Positions 8,317 through 17,540 of a stretch of DNA of 32,000 nt are shown piece after piece (position 1 is the stretch's first letter; the number at the start of each line of letters is the position of its first letter). The stretch comes from Candidatus Thorarchaeota archaeon (GTDB lineage: Archaea; Asgardarchaeota; Thorarchaeia; Thorarchaeales; Thorarchaeaceae). A program made the translations under genes and the position numbers. The notes under the pieces were generated by a model. It was not told where the DNA came from. It was given only the letters and a program-made list of their open reading frames with translations, and did not search any database. The stretch lies in contig PRDJ01000033.1 in the NCBI GenBank assembly GCA_003345555.1, positions 1 through 32,000 on the forward strand, in the 5' to 3' direction.

Positions 8317-11300
8317 ATGGTCACTAAGACGACCAAGAAAAAAGCGCCCAAGGCAAGACCCAAGATGACGGAAAAAGCGCCTTCGAAGATAACTGATGTC
8401 TTGGTCATTGGTGCAGGCATGGCAGGCATCAACGCTTCGCTTGATCTCGCTAAAGGTGGACACCATGTTCACTTGGTAGAAAAGAATGTGAATATTGGCG
8501 GCAACTATGTCGCCGTCTACAAGATATTCCCTATGCTGGAGTGCTCTGCTTGTGTCATGACGCCCCTGACTTCTTACGTAGGAAAGCATCCGAACATCAC
8601 AACCTATGCCTTGTCCACAGTGGAGAAAGTATCGGGGACCAAGGGCAATTTCAGCGTAACTATTCGAAAACAGGCTCGTTACGTTGATGAAAAGAAGTGC
8701 ACAGGATGTGGATTGTGCACGCAGAACTGTCCGGTGGAGGTTCCAAACGAGTATGACTTTGGTCTGAGCTTGCGAAAGGCGATCTACTTTAACTTCAGGC
8801 AGCAGGTCCCGCTCATTGCACGCATAGACAAGAAGTCTTGCATCGGTTGTGGCACCTGCGCGGGAGTCTGCCCTCAGGACTGCATCAGATATGATGATGA
8901 AGACAAACTCTATACCTTCAAGGTTGGGTCAATCATTGTTGCTACCGGATTTCAAGAATACAAGCCATATGACTATGGCGAGTACGGCTATGGTGTGTAT
9001 CCGAATGTTGTCACGAGTCTAGAATATGACCGAATGAGCCACCCCACCGGGCCAACTGACTCCCATATGGTGCGTCCGTCGGATGGCAGGGAGCCGGAGA
9101 AGGTCCTCTTCGTTAATTGTGTGGGAAGCAGGGATGTCAGAGAGAACATCAGCGGATATAGTCAGCACTGCAACAGGGTCTGCTGTTCGTTTGGTCTCAA
9201 GCTCGCACAAGTCACGCGAATGCACTATCCCGCAGAGCATTGTGAGATCATATACACCTACATGGACATGCGAACAGCCGGAAAGGCACTCGAGGAGTTC
9301 CTGTGGGACAGTCAAAAGAATCAAGGTATCAAATTCATTCGAGGCAGAGTTGCGGAGATTTCTGAAGACTTCGATACACACGACCTGTTCGTGAAACTCG
9401 AGGACACAGAAACCGGTAAGATCATCGAACTGAAAGGTATCTCACTTGTCGTCCTCAATGCGAGCTTTAGACCGAACGACGGAGTCGAGGAACTGGCGAA
9501 GCTCCTCAAGATTGACATCAGCGACACTGGGTGGCTGAAGGAGAAGCATCCGAATACAGCAGCGCTTGAAACCGACAAGCCGGGCATCTTCATTGCGGGC
9601 TGTGATCATGGCCCGAGAGACGGTACTGACACCGTCAACGAAGGAAAAGGTGCCGCCATGGCTGCCCATTCGATTCTGCCAATTCCAGAAGTCGCACCAA
9701 TTGAGGTAATACCCCCGCTTGAAGAGGGGGTTGAGCCCAGAGTTGGCGTATTCATCTGCCACTGTGGTGGTATCATAGGCAATATGATTAGTTCTCCGGG
9801 TCTTGCCGAATGGTCGCGGGATCTTCCCAATGTTGTCTTTGCGACCGACTACATATTCATGTGTAGTGATCCGGGGCAGCAGAAGATTGTGGACGCGATT
9901 GAGGAACACAAGCTGAATCGCGTTGTTGTAGGTTCGTGCTCTCCGCTTCAGCATCAGGAGACTTTCAGAAACGCACTTGAGAGAGCAGGTCTGTCAAGGT
10001 ACTACTTTGTCGGTCCCGTGGGCCTGAGGGAGCAGCTGGCCTTGGTAAATGCAAGAGCCACAGCAGAGGAGCGTCAGGAAAAGGCGCAGGATATGATTCG
10101 AAGTGCCGTGGCCAAAGCCGTGAATAATGAAGCCGTTCCGATGAAATCTGTTGAGGTTGTTCGCACGGCCATGGTTGTTGGTGGAGGAGTATCTGGCATG
10201 ACAGCTGCCCTCGACATCGCTAGGAAGGGCTTCAACGTCGTCCTTGTTGAGAAGACGGACAAGCTCGGCGGACGACTTAACGAGTTGCATCATATCTTCC
10301 CCAAGATGGAGTCGGCGAAGGATATTGTTGAGGACTTGAAGACGCGTGTCGGTCAGGAGAAGAGGATCCAGGTACTCTTGAACTCGAGACCGATTGGTCG
10401 TGAGGGCACATATGGGAACTACGACGTGATACTCGAGAACATCGCGACCCATGAAAAGAAGACCGTCAAGGTTGGCTCGATGCTTCTTACTGTGGGAACT
10501 GACACTTATGAACCCAAGAATGGTGAGTACGGATTCGGAGTCGTTCCTGCAGTCATCACGACACTCGATTTGGAGAAGAAGCTCAGAAACGGGGAACTCA
10601 AGACCCCCCCAAAGAACCCCGTCTTCATCCACTGCGTGGGTTCAAGGCAGACGCCGGGCGAGGGAAATAGATACTGCTCACGAGTTTGCTGCTCGGCTCT
10701 AGTGGCTATGCAACACGAGCTCAAAGAGATGTTTCCGGATGTGAGAATCTTCTCTGCGTTCAAGGAACACATCCGTCCATTCGCGAGCGGGATGGAAGAG
10801 ATGTGGCGCGAAAACAGGCAGAATGGAATTACATACATCCGATGGGTACGCGAGAGACCACTGACGGTCGAAAAGGCTGGGGATTCAGATGAGGCCATAA
10901 TCACTGTCTATGACACTCTTTCACAACAGACACTGAAGATAAGGTCAGACTTGGTCGTTCTCGCAGTGGGGCTTGAAGCTCCACATGATGTAGCCGACCT
11001 AGTGAAGGCCATGGGCATTAACCGCGGTCAAGACGGATTCCTCCGAGAAATGCACATGAAGTTCAGACCGGTCGAGACGACAGTGCCCGGAGTATTCCTC
11101 GGCACGACTTACGCCAAGAACGTATCCGACTCAATCAACCAAGCAAGGGCCGCAGCAAGTGAGGCATGTATTCCGCTCAACCTGGGGACGGTACAAATCG
11201 AGCTGCTTACGGCAGAAGTGGACGAAGACCTATGCGTGGGTTGTGACCTGTGCCACTTCTCTGAAATCTGTCCGTATGATGCCATCACTATGATGGAGGT

Positions 11301-11451
11301 CTCGCCGGGAGTAAAGAAGAGCGTGACAGACGACGTGAAGTGCCATGGATGCGGCGCATGTGCCGCGATTTGCCCCACGGGTGCTCGAGACTTACGCTGG
11401 TGGCGTGAGAAGAGCTACATGGAAGAGATTGAGGCAATGCTCGCCAGCTAG
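8317..11451 (+). CDS. hdrA: Large heterodisulfide reductase subunit A-like flavoprotein with two FAD modules and no MvhD domain
   Basis: Two GxGxxG FAD motifs (IGAGMAG, VGGGVSG). Inserted 2x[4Fe-4S] ferredoxin (CTGCGLCTQNCP, CIGCGTCAGVCP) in module 1. CVGSR...C-x-x-x-CC cluster motif in both modules. HdrA N-terminal domain (PRVGVFICHCGG...FMCS...GSCSP) located internally from about 9736. C-terminal ferredoxin (CVGCDLCHFSEICP, CHGCGACAAICP). Confidence 0.92.
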   Translation: MVTKTTKKKAPKARPKMTEKAPSKITDVLVIGAGMAGINASLDLAKGGHHVHLVEKNVNIGGNYVAVYKIFPMLECSACVMTPLTSYVGKHPNITTYALSTVEKVSGTKGNFSVTIRKQARYVDEKKCTGCGLCTQNCPVEVPNEYDFGLSLRKAIYFNFRQQVPLIARIDKKSCIGCGTCAGVCPQDCIRYDDEDKLYTFKVGSIIVATGFQEYKPYDYGEYGYGVYPNVVTSLEYDRMSHPTGPTDSHMVRPSDGREPEKVLFVNCVGSRDVRENISGYSQHCNRVCCSFGLKLAQVTRMHYPAEHCEIIYTYMDMRTAGKALEEFLWDSQKNQGIKFIRGRVAEISEDFDTHDLFVKLEDTETGKIIELKGISLVVLNASFRPNDGVEELAKLLKIDISDTGWLKEKHPNTAALETDKPGIFIAGCDHGPRDGTDTVNEGKGAAMAAHSILPIPEVAPIEVIPPLEEGVEPRVGVFICHCGGIIGNMISSPGLAEWSRDLPNVVFATDYIFMCSDPGQQKIVDAIEEHKLNRVVVGSCSPLQHQETFRNALERAGLSRYYFVGPVGLREQLALVNARATAEERQEKAQDMIRSAVAKAVNNEAVPMKSVEVVRTAMVVGGGVSGMTAALDIARKGFNVVLVEKTDKLGGRLNELHHIFPKMESAKDIVEDLKTRVGQEKRIQVLLNSRPIGREGTYGNYDVILENIATHEKKTVKVGSMLLTVGTDTYEPKNGEYGFGVVPAVITTLDLEKKLRNGELKTPPKNPVFIHCVGSRQTPGEGNRYCSRVCCSALVAMQHELKEMFPDVRIFSAFKEHIRPFASGMEEMWRENRQNGITYIRWVRERPLTVEKAGDSDEAIITVYDTLSQQTLKIRSDLVVLAVGLEAPHDVADLVKAMGINRGQDGFLREMHMKFRPVETTVPGVFLGTTYAKNVSDSINQARAAASEACIPLNLGTVQIELLTAEVDEDLCVGCDLCHFSEICPYDAITMMEVSPGVKKSVTDDVKCHGCGACAAICPTGARDLRWWREKSYMEEIEAMLAS

Positions 11452-11537
11452 ACCTGCCAGAAGCATCAGAGTCTCTGACAAATGTGCAAGACCAATGAAG
11501 CTGTGGCTGCCATCAATCAGCTCGGAGATGGGTTTCC

Positions 11538-11563
11538 AGTGTGTTCCGAGTCCCGGACACACT
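11538..11563. terminator. Possible hairpin between convergent genes
   Basis: AGTGTGT(T)CCG-AGTCC-CGGACACACT: 10-bp stem with one bulge, touching the stop codon of the small minus-strand gene. Function is not demonstrated. Confidence 0.25.
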
Positions 11564-11744
11564 AGGACTTTCTAAAGCGATAGAGGGCTACGAGGTTCAG
11601 CACAATTGACATCCCAATCAGGACCCCGATTAGGAAGTCTATGATGCCATCTCCTATGACAAACCGATCCATTAACACTGCAATTGAAAGGCATGTGCAC
11701 CCGACAGGCGCCAACCATCTATCCTTCAACAGAACCACGCGCAA
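11562..11744 (-). CDS. Small two-TM membrane protein (about 60 aa)
   Basis: Two clean hydrophobic helices (LAPVGCTCLSIAVLM; IIDFLIGVLIGMSIVLNLVALY) and a basic tail RFRKS. It fills an otherwise empty gap, with an AT-rich GAAGTTATTTAAC about 30 nt upstream. Confidence 0.6.
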   Translation of the reverse strand: MRVVLLKDRWLAPVGCTCLSIAVLMDRFVIGDGIIDFLIGVLIGMSIVLNLVALYRFRKS

Positions 11745-12017
11745 AGCACCATACTCCAGAATGCGCCTAATGTTAAATAACTTCTCGACAAAGCAATCCG
11801 ATGACTAGCAGGCAAAGTGTTGCCAGTGCTGGCTGAAGCCCGCAATTCATAATGGATATAGGACGACCATCCACATTACAGGATACCCAAGAACAGCTCT
11901 CGGATCCGCGGGTAAAACTCCGGAAAGGTTCCCTCTGTTCACAGGTCGCATGAGCAGACTGATATGATAAGATGAATTCCGTGGATAGATTGAAACGCTC
12001 TGTAGGGGGTTTGTGAG

Positions 12018-12590
12018 ATGGTATCGGCTGATAGCATGCTGGCAGGCTGGATGGTTTTGAATGATTTGCTTGGTGACCTGAAGAGCCGAGGCGTGTTCAT
12101 ACCAGACCTCACCTATGCAGACCTGCGAAATAGCAAGATGGTCATTGAATATCTTCGGGCATTTGAGCGTGAGATTGCCTCTATCGATCAGCAAGACGTG
12201 GAGCTGAGGTCCGAAATGGAGACAAGGATGCTCCGTCTGAAGGAAACCTTGATGATTTGGGCCGAGCAAAATGGCGGTGAGGGAGTTCGGCGTACATGGG
12301 AAAGGCGCTTCAACGATGCAATCCAAGGGAAGGGTCAAAAGATTCCCCCTGAGCCTAAGACCCGGATTTCGGATCTCCCAAGAGAGAAGGACGTTGCTTT
12401 CTTTCGGATAAGGTTACCAGATGAGATTCCAGTGGAGATTGTCTCAGAACTGGCAGAGGATTGCCGTGTCCATATATCACTGGACGGTGACCGCCATCTA
12501 CAAGTAAGTGGCAAGAAGGAATGCGTCCGTGATGCGATGAAGCGGCTCGGTGAGATATTCTACGGGGAAGACCGGACAGTATCGAAGTAG
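12018..12590 (+). CDS. DUF2096-like conserved archaeal protein
   Basis: Recognised by eye from the pattern W-x-VL-x-DLL-x-DL-x-x-RG...DLR-x-x-K-x-x-I...W-x-x-R...LPR...F-x-RI-x-LP...E-x-x-E...V-x-G-x-KE-x-V-x-x-A-x-K. GGGGGT RBS upstream. Family assignment needs an HMM check. Confidence 0.7.
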   Translation: MVSADSMLAGWMVLNDLLGDLKSRGVFIPDLTYADLRNSKMVIEYLRAFEREIASIDQQDVELRSEMETRMLRLKETLMIWAEQNGGEGVRRTWERRFNDAIQGKGQKIPPEPKTRISDLPREKDVAFFRIRLPDEIPVEIVSELAEDCRVHISLDGDRHLQVSGKKECVRDAMKRLGEIFYGEDRTVSK

Positions 12591-12604
12591 AACAATAGTC
12601 CAGT

Positions 12605-13480
12605 CTACAATCCGAGAATGTCGGCTATCGGGTCGAGTGGCACCCTGTTCAGTCTGAGCCCGAGAGCGTCTACATCAATACCCATTGCGGCACCGAGCAC
12701 CTGTGTTACGAACAATGCAGGCAGCTCAAACGATTCCCCCTTGTCGCCCTTCATGCCAATGGCTTGGATATCGAACTGCGTGTGGCATGCTGGGCAGTTT
12801 GTCACAATGCAGTTAGCGCCAGCGTCCTTCGCTGAGATCATCTTCTCCTTTAGAATCCGTGATGCAACACTCTCACTCGCTATAAGCAATGGCGAACCAC
12901 AGCATCTGAGTTTCAAGCCCCAAGGTAGGCTCTTAGCCCCGGTCAGTTCGATTAGCTCATCGACTTTGCGTGGAAGCTCAGGGTCATCAAAACCAGCCAC
13001 TTTCGAAGGCCGGAGCAAATGACAGCCCGGGTGGAATGCTACAGATAGCCCATTCAGTGGTCGGACAATCTTACCCTTGATCTCATCCTTCAAATCGTAG
13101 AGGACCTCAACGAAATGTCGAATTGTAGCCTTGCCCGTGAATTGCAGTCCCTGAGAAGATAGGGCCTTGTTTGTAGCCTTTCGAGCAGCATCATTATTGT
13201 GAAGAACATGAGAGCAGTCCTTGAGAGAGCCGAAGCAGCCGTTGCACGGTGTGACTATATTGTGGCCGCGCTTTTCAGCAAGAGCGATGTTCCTTCCTGA
13301 AATTGCGAGCCAGCTGGGTTCATCGATTGACTTTAGAACAACCGTGCCGCAGCACGAAGCACCTTCAAAGTCCAAGAGCTCGACGTCGAGCTCTTTTGCG
13401 ACAGCACGCATAGATGCTTCATAGTAGTTGAATCTTGAGGGAATTGCGCAGCCCAGGAATACCTCATACGTTTGGGTCAT
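12605..13480 (-). CDS. hdrB: Heterodisulfide reductase subunit B (CCG-domain protein), divergent copy
   Basis: All ten Cys plus the His of the two CCG domains are present: FLGC, SCCG, PCNGC, PGCH, RCCG, NCPAC. ATG 13480 overlaps the hdrC stop (TGATG). Confidence 0.93.
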   Translation of the reverse strand: MTQTYEVFLGCAIPSRFNYYEASMRAVAKELDVELLDFEGASCCGTVVLKSIDEPSWLAISGRNIALAEKRGHNIVTPCNGCFGSLKDCSHVLHNNDAARKATNKALSSQGLQFTGKATIRHFVEVLYDLKDEIKGKIVRPLNGLSVAFHPGCHLLRPSKVAGFDDPELPRKVDELIELTGAKSLPWGLKLRCCGSPLLIASESVASRILKEKMISAKDAGANCIVTNCPACHTQFDIQAIGMKGDKGESFELPALFVTQVLGAAMGIDVDALGLRLNRVPLDPIADILGL

Positions 13481-13998
13481 CACTCACCCTCCTGCAATCT
13501 CATCAGACCCGTCTTGCCAAGCACCTTGCGGGTCTCGGCCACATCAAGATGCGGGACAGGAGGAAGAGCCAAGTCGTCGCGCTCCCAATCTGTCGGTTCG
13601 TAAAGCTTTCCATTATCGTACAGGGCCTTTCGTGATGTCACATAGCCCGGTGGTGTTATGCCCTTGCGAAATGCCATGTTCTTGAGGCCAAAGATTATGT
13701 CAGTTATCTCGATTCCCTGAGGACAACGCTGCTGGCATTGATAACACGTAGTGCAGAGCCAGACCATGTCCGTGTCAAGGACTTCCCTGAAACCGAACAA
13801 GAGCATCCTCATCAACTCGTGGACTTGGATGTTCACTTTGTCAGAGACAGGGCACCCTGCGCTGCACTTTGCGCACTGAAAACACGCGGTCAGGTCCTGC
13901 CCACCAATCAGCTTTGAGACCTCCTTCGTGAATTCAGCATCAAGTGCCTCGAACTTCTTGCCTTCGAAGGACTTCAGCTGACCCCAGTTCTCTGCCAT
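13480..13998 (-). CDS. hdrC: Heterodisulfide reductase subunit C (2x[4Fe-4S])
   Basis: CFQCAKCSAGCP and WLCTTCYQCQQRCPQ motifs; lies between hdrA and hdrB. Confidence 0.93.
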   Translation of the reverse strand: MAENWGQLKSFEGKKFEALDAEFTKEVSKLIGGQDLTACFQCAKCSAGCPVSDKVNIQVHELMRMLLFGFREVLDTDMVWLCTTCYQCQQRCPQGIEITDIIFGLKNMAFRKGITPPGYVTSRKALYDNGKLYEPTDWERDDLALPPVPHLDVAETRKVLGKTGLMRLQEGE

Positions 13999-14002
13999 TG
14001 AT

Positions 14003-17000
14003 TCATTTCCTCCTTGGTCTCAGAGGACTCGGTCCCAACTTGTCAGCGAGCTCAGAGAGCTTCCGCACTGTGTCAGCCCAGATTGAGCCCTCGCTTGCAC
14101 TAATGTGAGTGAACTGGAGCCGCTCGGTCTCAAGTCCCGCTTTCTCTAGTATCTTCTTCGCAATTGCGAATCTTCTCTCGAAGGTGATATTACCATCGAC
14201 ATAGTGACAGTCGCCTGTGTGACAACCGGATATCCAAACCATGTCTGCTCCGAGCCTGAATGCTTCAAGGATGTGAGTGACACTAATGCGTCCGGTGCAC
14301 ATGACACGTATGTCTCGAACGTTGGTCGGCTGTTGAAACCTCGAGACACCCGCATTATCGGCCCCGGCGTAGCTGCACCAGTTGCACACTATTGTTAGAA
14401 TGCGTGATTGGTTTGCGGGCATGTCTTCGAGCGCCGCACGAATCTGAGAGAGTATCTGATCGTCAGTGAAGTGCTTCATTGTGATAGCACCAGTGGGGCA
14501 TCCGGCGGCACACTTTCCACAGCCCGCACAGAGCACGGGATTCGATACAGCATAGTCGTGACCGCCTTGGCCCGGAACAACCTCTATTGCATTGTAGGCA
14601 CAATTGATTTCGCACGTGCCGCAGCCTACGCAGACCTCGGGATCCACAACAGAAACTATCGCCTCGGCCTTCCGAACACCCGTCACTAAAGGTACAAGTG
14701 CGCGAGCAGCCGCACCTCTTCCCTGTGCAATGGATTCATCGATTGACTTGGGTGCTGTTGCAGTCCCGGCCACATAGACACCATCTGTCTGGAAGTCCAC
14801 CGGTCTCAGCTTCGGGTGTGCTTCCATGAAAAACCCAGACATGTTCAGCGGGACCTTGAATAGCTCTGAGATTTGCTTGTTGGTCTCCCGCGGAACCATC
14901 GCTGTTGCTAACACAACGTGATCAACATCAAGCCCTAGCTTCGCTCCGAGTATCTGGTCAGTGACTTCTACCCTGAGGGGCCTGTTCTTCCCCTTCTTTA
15001 CCTCTGGAGGCGAGTCCTTGTCGAATCTGATGAAAACAACACCTTTCTTCCGAGCTTCGCGGTACCTGTCCTCTGCTGTGTAGGATACTCTCAGGTCCCT
15101 GTACAGATGGAATACCCGCGAATTGGGATACTTCTCGAGGAGCTCAAGAGTATGCTCAAGAGCAACAGTGCAGCAGATTCCCGAACACCAAGTTCGCGAC
15201 CCTTCAAGAGACTCATCTTGGCGGGAACCAGCACAGTGGATTACAGCGAAAGTCTCTCCATCTTGGAATGCGTCGTCTTGTGCGAGCCGCTGATTCAGCT
15301 CAAGCTCTGTAGTGACATCGGGGAACTTCTGGAGGCCGTAGAGGCCCTTCTCCTCCAGCTGGACTGCCCCCGTTGCAACGACGACAACCCCGACCTTCAG
15401 TTCCCGCTTCTGCTTCTTGCTTGTCATGACCGTTACTTCAAAATCACCAATCGATCCTTTGGCATCCGTAACCTCCGAGTTTAGCATTAGCTCGATGTTA
15501 GAGTTGCCCTTGACCATTCGTTCGTGTTGTCCCACAATGTCTAGGGCAGGTGTGAAATCGAAGTTGACCGTGTGCAGCTGGCTCAATAGGCCGCCGACCT
15601 TGTCTTCCCTCTCTACAAGATATGTCTTGAACCCCTTGTCAGCTATCAGTTCTGCAGCTGACATTCCGGCCACACCAGCTCCGATTACGAGAACCGCAGG
15701 CTCAACTTTCGTGGCTGCCTCTTCTTCAGGCTCGAGCAGTCTGGACTTGGCTACAGCCATTCGGACAAGATCCATGGCTTTCGCGGTGGCTTCATCTTTG
15801 GCACCTTGGTGTATCCATGAACAATGCTCACGTATGTTAGCCATTTCAAAAAGATACTTGTTGAGCCCAGCTTCTTCGGTTGTCGCTCTGAATAGGGGCT
15901 CGTGGGTTCTCGGTGTGCAGGAGGCTACAACAACACGATTGAGCTTGTGTTCCTTGATTGCATCCTTGATGACGACTTGAGCATCTGATGAACAGGAATA
16001 AAGCAGATTCTGAGCATGAACGACATTAGGCAGCGAGCCTGCATAGCGAGTAACTTCTGCAACGTCCACTGTTCCGGCAATATTGACACCACAAGAACAA
16101 ACAAAGACGCCGATGCGGGGTTCTCCTGTTGCGAGTTCGGTGATGGTCTGTGTCGCCGCCTCAAGCTCAGGCGCCTTGGGGATGACTATATCAAGCGCTG
16201 CCAGTGCGGCAGCAGCGCTTCCCTGAGCGACTGAGTCAGGAATATCCTTAGGGCCATTCACTGTCCCACACATGTGAATTCCCGGGACACCGGTCTGGAC
16301 ACTTTCAACACGACCGGCCATGCCCTCCAAGTAGCCGTAGCTATCAATCTGAACACCGAGCTTCTGAAACAGATCTTGATTCTCGTTATGGACCATGGCC
16401 GGGCATAGGATGACTAAGTCGTAGCGATCCTGTAGAATCTCACGTCCTTTCATATCACTATGCCTGACAAGCAGGTCTCTGCTATCGCGGTCTTCGATGA
16501 TTTCGCTGGGGAGACCCTTCACATAATTGATGCCATATTCCTTCTCGCCCCGCACGAGGAATTCCTCGAAGCCCTTACCAAAGGCACGCATGTCATTGTA
16601 CAGAATGTCAATGTGGACCTCGGGCATATGCTCCTTCGTTATGATTGCCTCTTTCGTGGCATATGTGCAACATATCCTTGAACAGTAAGGACAATGGTTC
16701 ACATCACGTGAACCCACACACTGAACGAACGCAATTCGATGAGGTTCTCGACCATCGGAGGGACGCATGATGACTCCCCCGGTGGGTCCGCTCGCAGAGA
16801 CCATTCTCTCATACTCAAGACTTGTGACAACATTCGGGTACCGTCCGTAGCCCAGTTCCGGCACGGTGGATGCGTCGAGAAGCCTGTAGCCAGTTGCAAC
16901 AATGATTGAGCCAGCATTGATCTCAACCGTCTCATCCGGGCGTTCAAAATCGATTGCTTGGGCCTTGCAGCCATTCGCACAGGTCATGCACTGAATGCAG

Positions 17001-17467
17001 TTCTCGATGTCGATAGTCGCAATGTTGGGTACAGCCTGTGGGAATGGGATGTAGGCTGCTTTTCTCATCTTTAGGCCAAGGTCGTACTCGTTCGGAACCT
17101 CGATTGGACACACTCTCTGGCAATCGCCACAGCCAGTACACTTGTTCGAATCCACACGGCGTGTATGCTTCAGGACCTTCACTGTGAAGTCGCCCTGATT
17201 ACCTGATACCTCTGTGACCTCAGAATAGGCCAGAATCGTGATATTGGGATTTCGTGAGCAATCGACCATCCATGGCCCCATGATGCACATCGAACAATCT
17301 AGGGTCGGGAACGTCTTGTCGAGCTGAGCCATGTGTCCACCGATGGATGGCTGCCTCTCGACCATGTACACCCTAACGCCCATTCCGGCTAGGTCTAATG
17401 CAGCACGGATACCAGCGATTCCCGCGCCTATGATAACTACAGGTCTTGTTGAGGTCTCTGCCATCAT
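14003..17467 (-). CDS. hdrA: Large heterodisulfide reductase subunit A with two FAD modules fused to a C-terminal MvhD ([2Fe-2S]) domain
   Basis: Module 1 is canonical (IGAGIAG, GGHMAQLDKTFPTLDCSMC, inserted ferredoxin, CVGSRD...CSRICC, GPKDIPDSVAQ). Internal HdrA N-terminal domain (RIGVFVCSCG...YSCS...ASCTP). Second FAD module (IGAGVAG), C-terminal ferredoxin (CVGCGTCEINC, CAGCGKCAAGCP). MvhD from about 14405 (CNWCSYAGAD, RVMCTGR, GCHTGDCHY). Confidence 0.95.
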   Translation of the reverse strand: MMAETSTRPVVIIGAGIAGIRAALDLAGMGVRVYMVERQPSIGGHMAQLDKTFPTLDCSMCIMGPWMVDCSRNPNITILAYSEVTEVSGNQGDFTVKVLKHTRRVDSNKCTGCGDCQRVCPIEVPNEYDLGLKMRKAAYIPFPQAVPNIATIDIENCIQCMTCANGCKAQAIDFERPDETVEINAGSIIVATGYRLLDASTVPELGYGRYPNVVTSLEYERMVSASGPTGGVIMRPSDGREPHRIAFVQCVGSRDVNHCPYCSRICCTYATKEAIITKEHMPEVHIDILYNDMRAFGKGFEEFLVRGEKEYGINYVKGLPSEIIEDRDSRDLLVRHSDMKGREILQDRYDLVILCPAMVHNENQDLFQKLGVQIDSYGYLEGMAGRVESVQTGVPGIHMCGTVNGPKDIPDSVAQGSAAAALAALDIVIPKAPELEAATQTITELATGEPRIGVFVCSCGVNIAGTVDVAEVTRYAGSLPNVVHAQNLLYSCSSDAQVVIKDAIKEHKLNRVVVASCTPRTHEPLFRATTEEAGLNKYLFEMANIREHCSWIHQGAKDEATAKAMDLVRMAVAKSRLLEPEEEAATKVEPAVLVIGAGVAGMSAAELIADKGFKTYLVEREDKVGGLLSQLHTVNFDFTPALDIVGQHERMVKGNSNIELMLNSEVTDAKGSIGDFEVTVMTSKKQKRELKVGVVVVATGAVQLEEKGLYGLQKFPDVTTELELNQRLAQDDAFQDGETFAVIHCAGSRQDESLEGSRTWCSGICCTVALEHTLELLEKYPNSRVFHLYRDLRVSYTAEDRYREARKKGVVFIRFDKDSPPEVKKGKNRPLRVEVTDQILGAKLGLDVDHVVLATAMVPRETNKQISELFKVPLNMSGFFMEAHPKLRPVDFQTDGVYVAGTATAPKSIDESIAQGRGAAARALVPLVTGVRKAEAIVSVVDPEVCVGCGTCEINCAYNAIEVVPGQGGHDYAVSNPVLCAGCGKCAAGCPTGAITMKHFTDDQILSQIRAALEDMPANQSRILTIVCNWCSYAGADNAGVSRFQQPTNVRDIRVMCTGRISVTHILEAFRLGADMVWISGCHTGDCHYVDGNITFERRFAIAKKILEKAGLETERLQFTHISASEGSIWADTVRKLSELADKLGPSPLRPRRK

Positions 17468-17509
17468 TTGTCCCTTTAGGGGTGATATGTAGCGGCCTCA
17501 TGGTTGGAC

Positions 17510-17525
17510 GATAAAACGTTTGTTC
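17510..17525 (-). promoter_or_regulatory. Putative BRE-TATA promoter of hdrA(mvhD)-hdrC-hdrB
   Basis: Minus strand reads GAACAAACGTTTTATC about 45 nt upstream of ATG 17467; purine-rich AAAGGGA just before the start. Confidence 0.45.
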
Positions 17526-17540
17526 TAGCGGAGATTCTTT

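Noticed and set aside
11847-12017. Short peptide-like frames in the gap upstream of DUF2096 (e.g. TEGTFPEFYPRIRELFLGIL on the minus strand)
   Set aside because: No start codon or RBS, bounded by stops, and no recognisable homology.
14003-17467. Selenocysteine recoding in HdrA/MvhD
   Set aside because: The positions that are Sec in some archaea are plain Cys here (DCSMC, CNWCSY, GCHTGDC; CSAC in the other hdrA), and both reading frames are open with no internal TGA.
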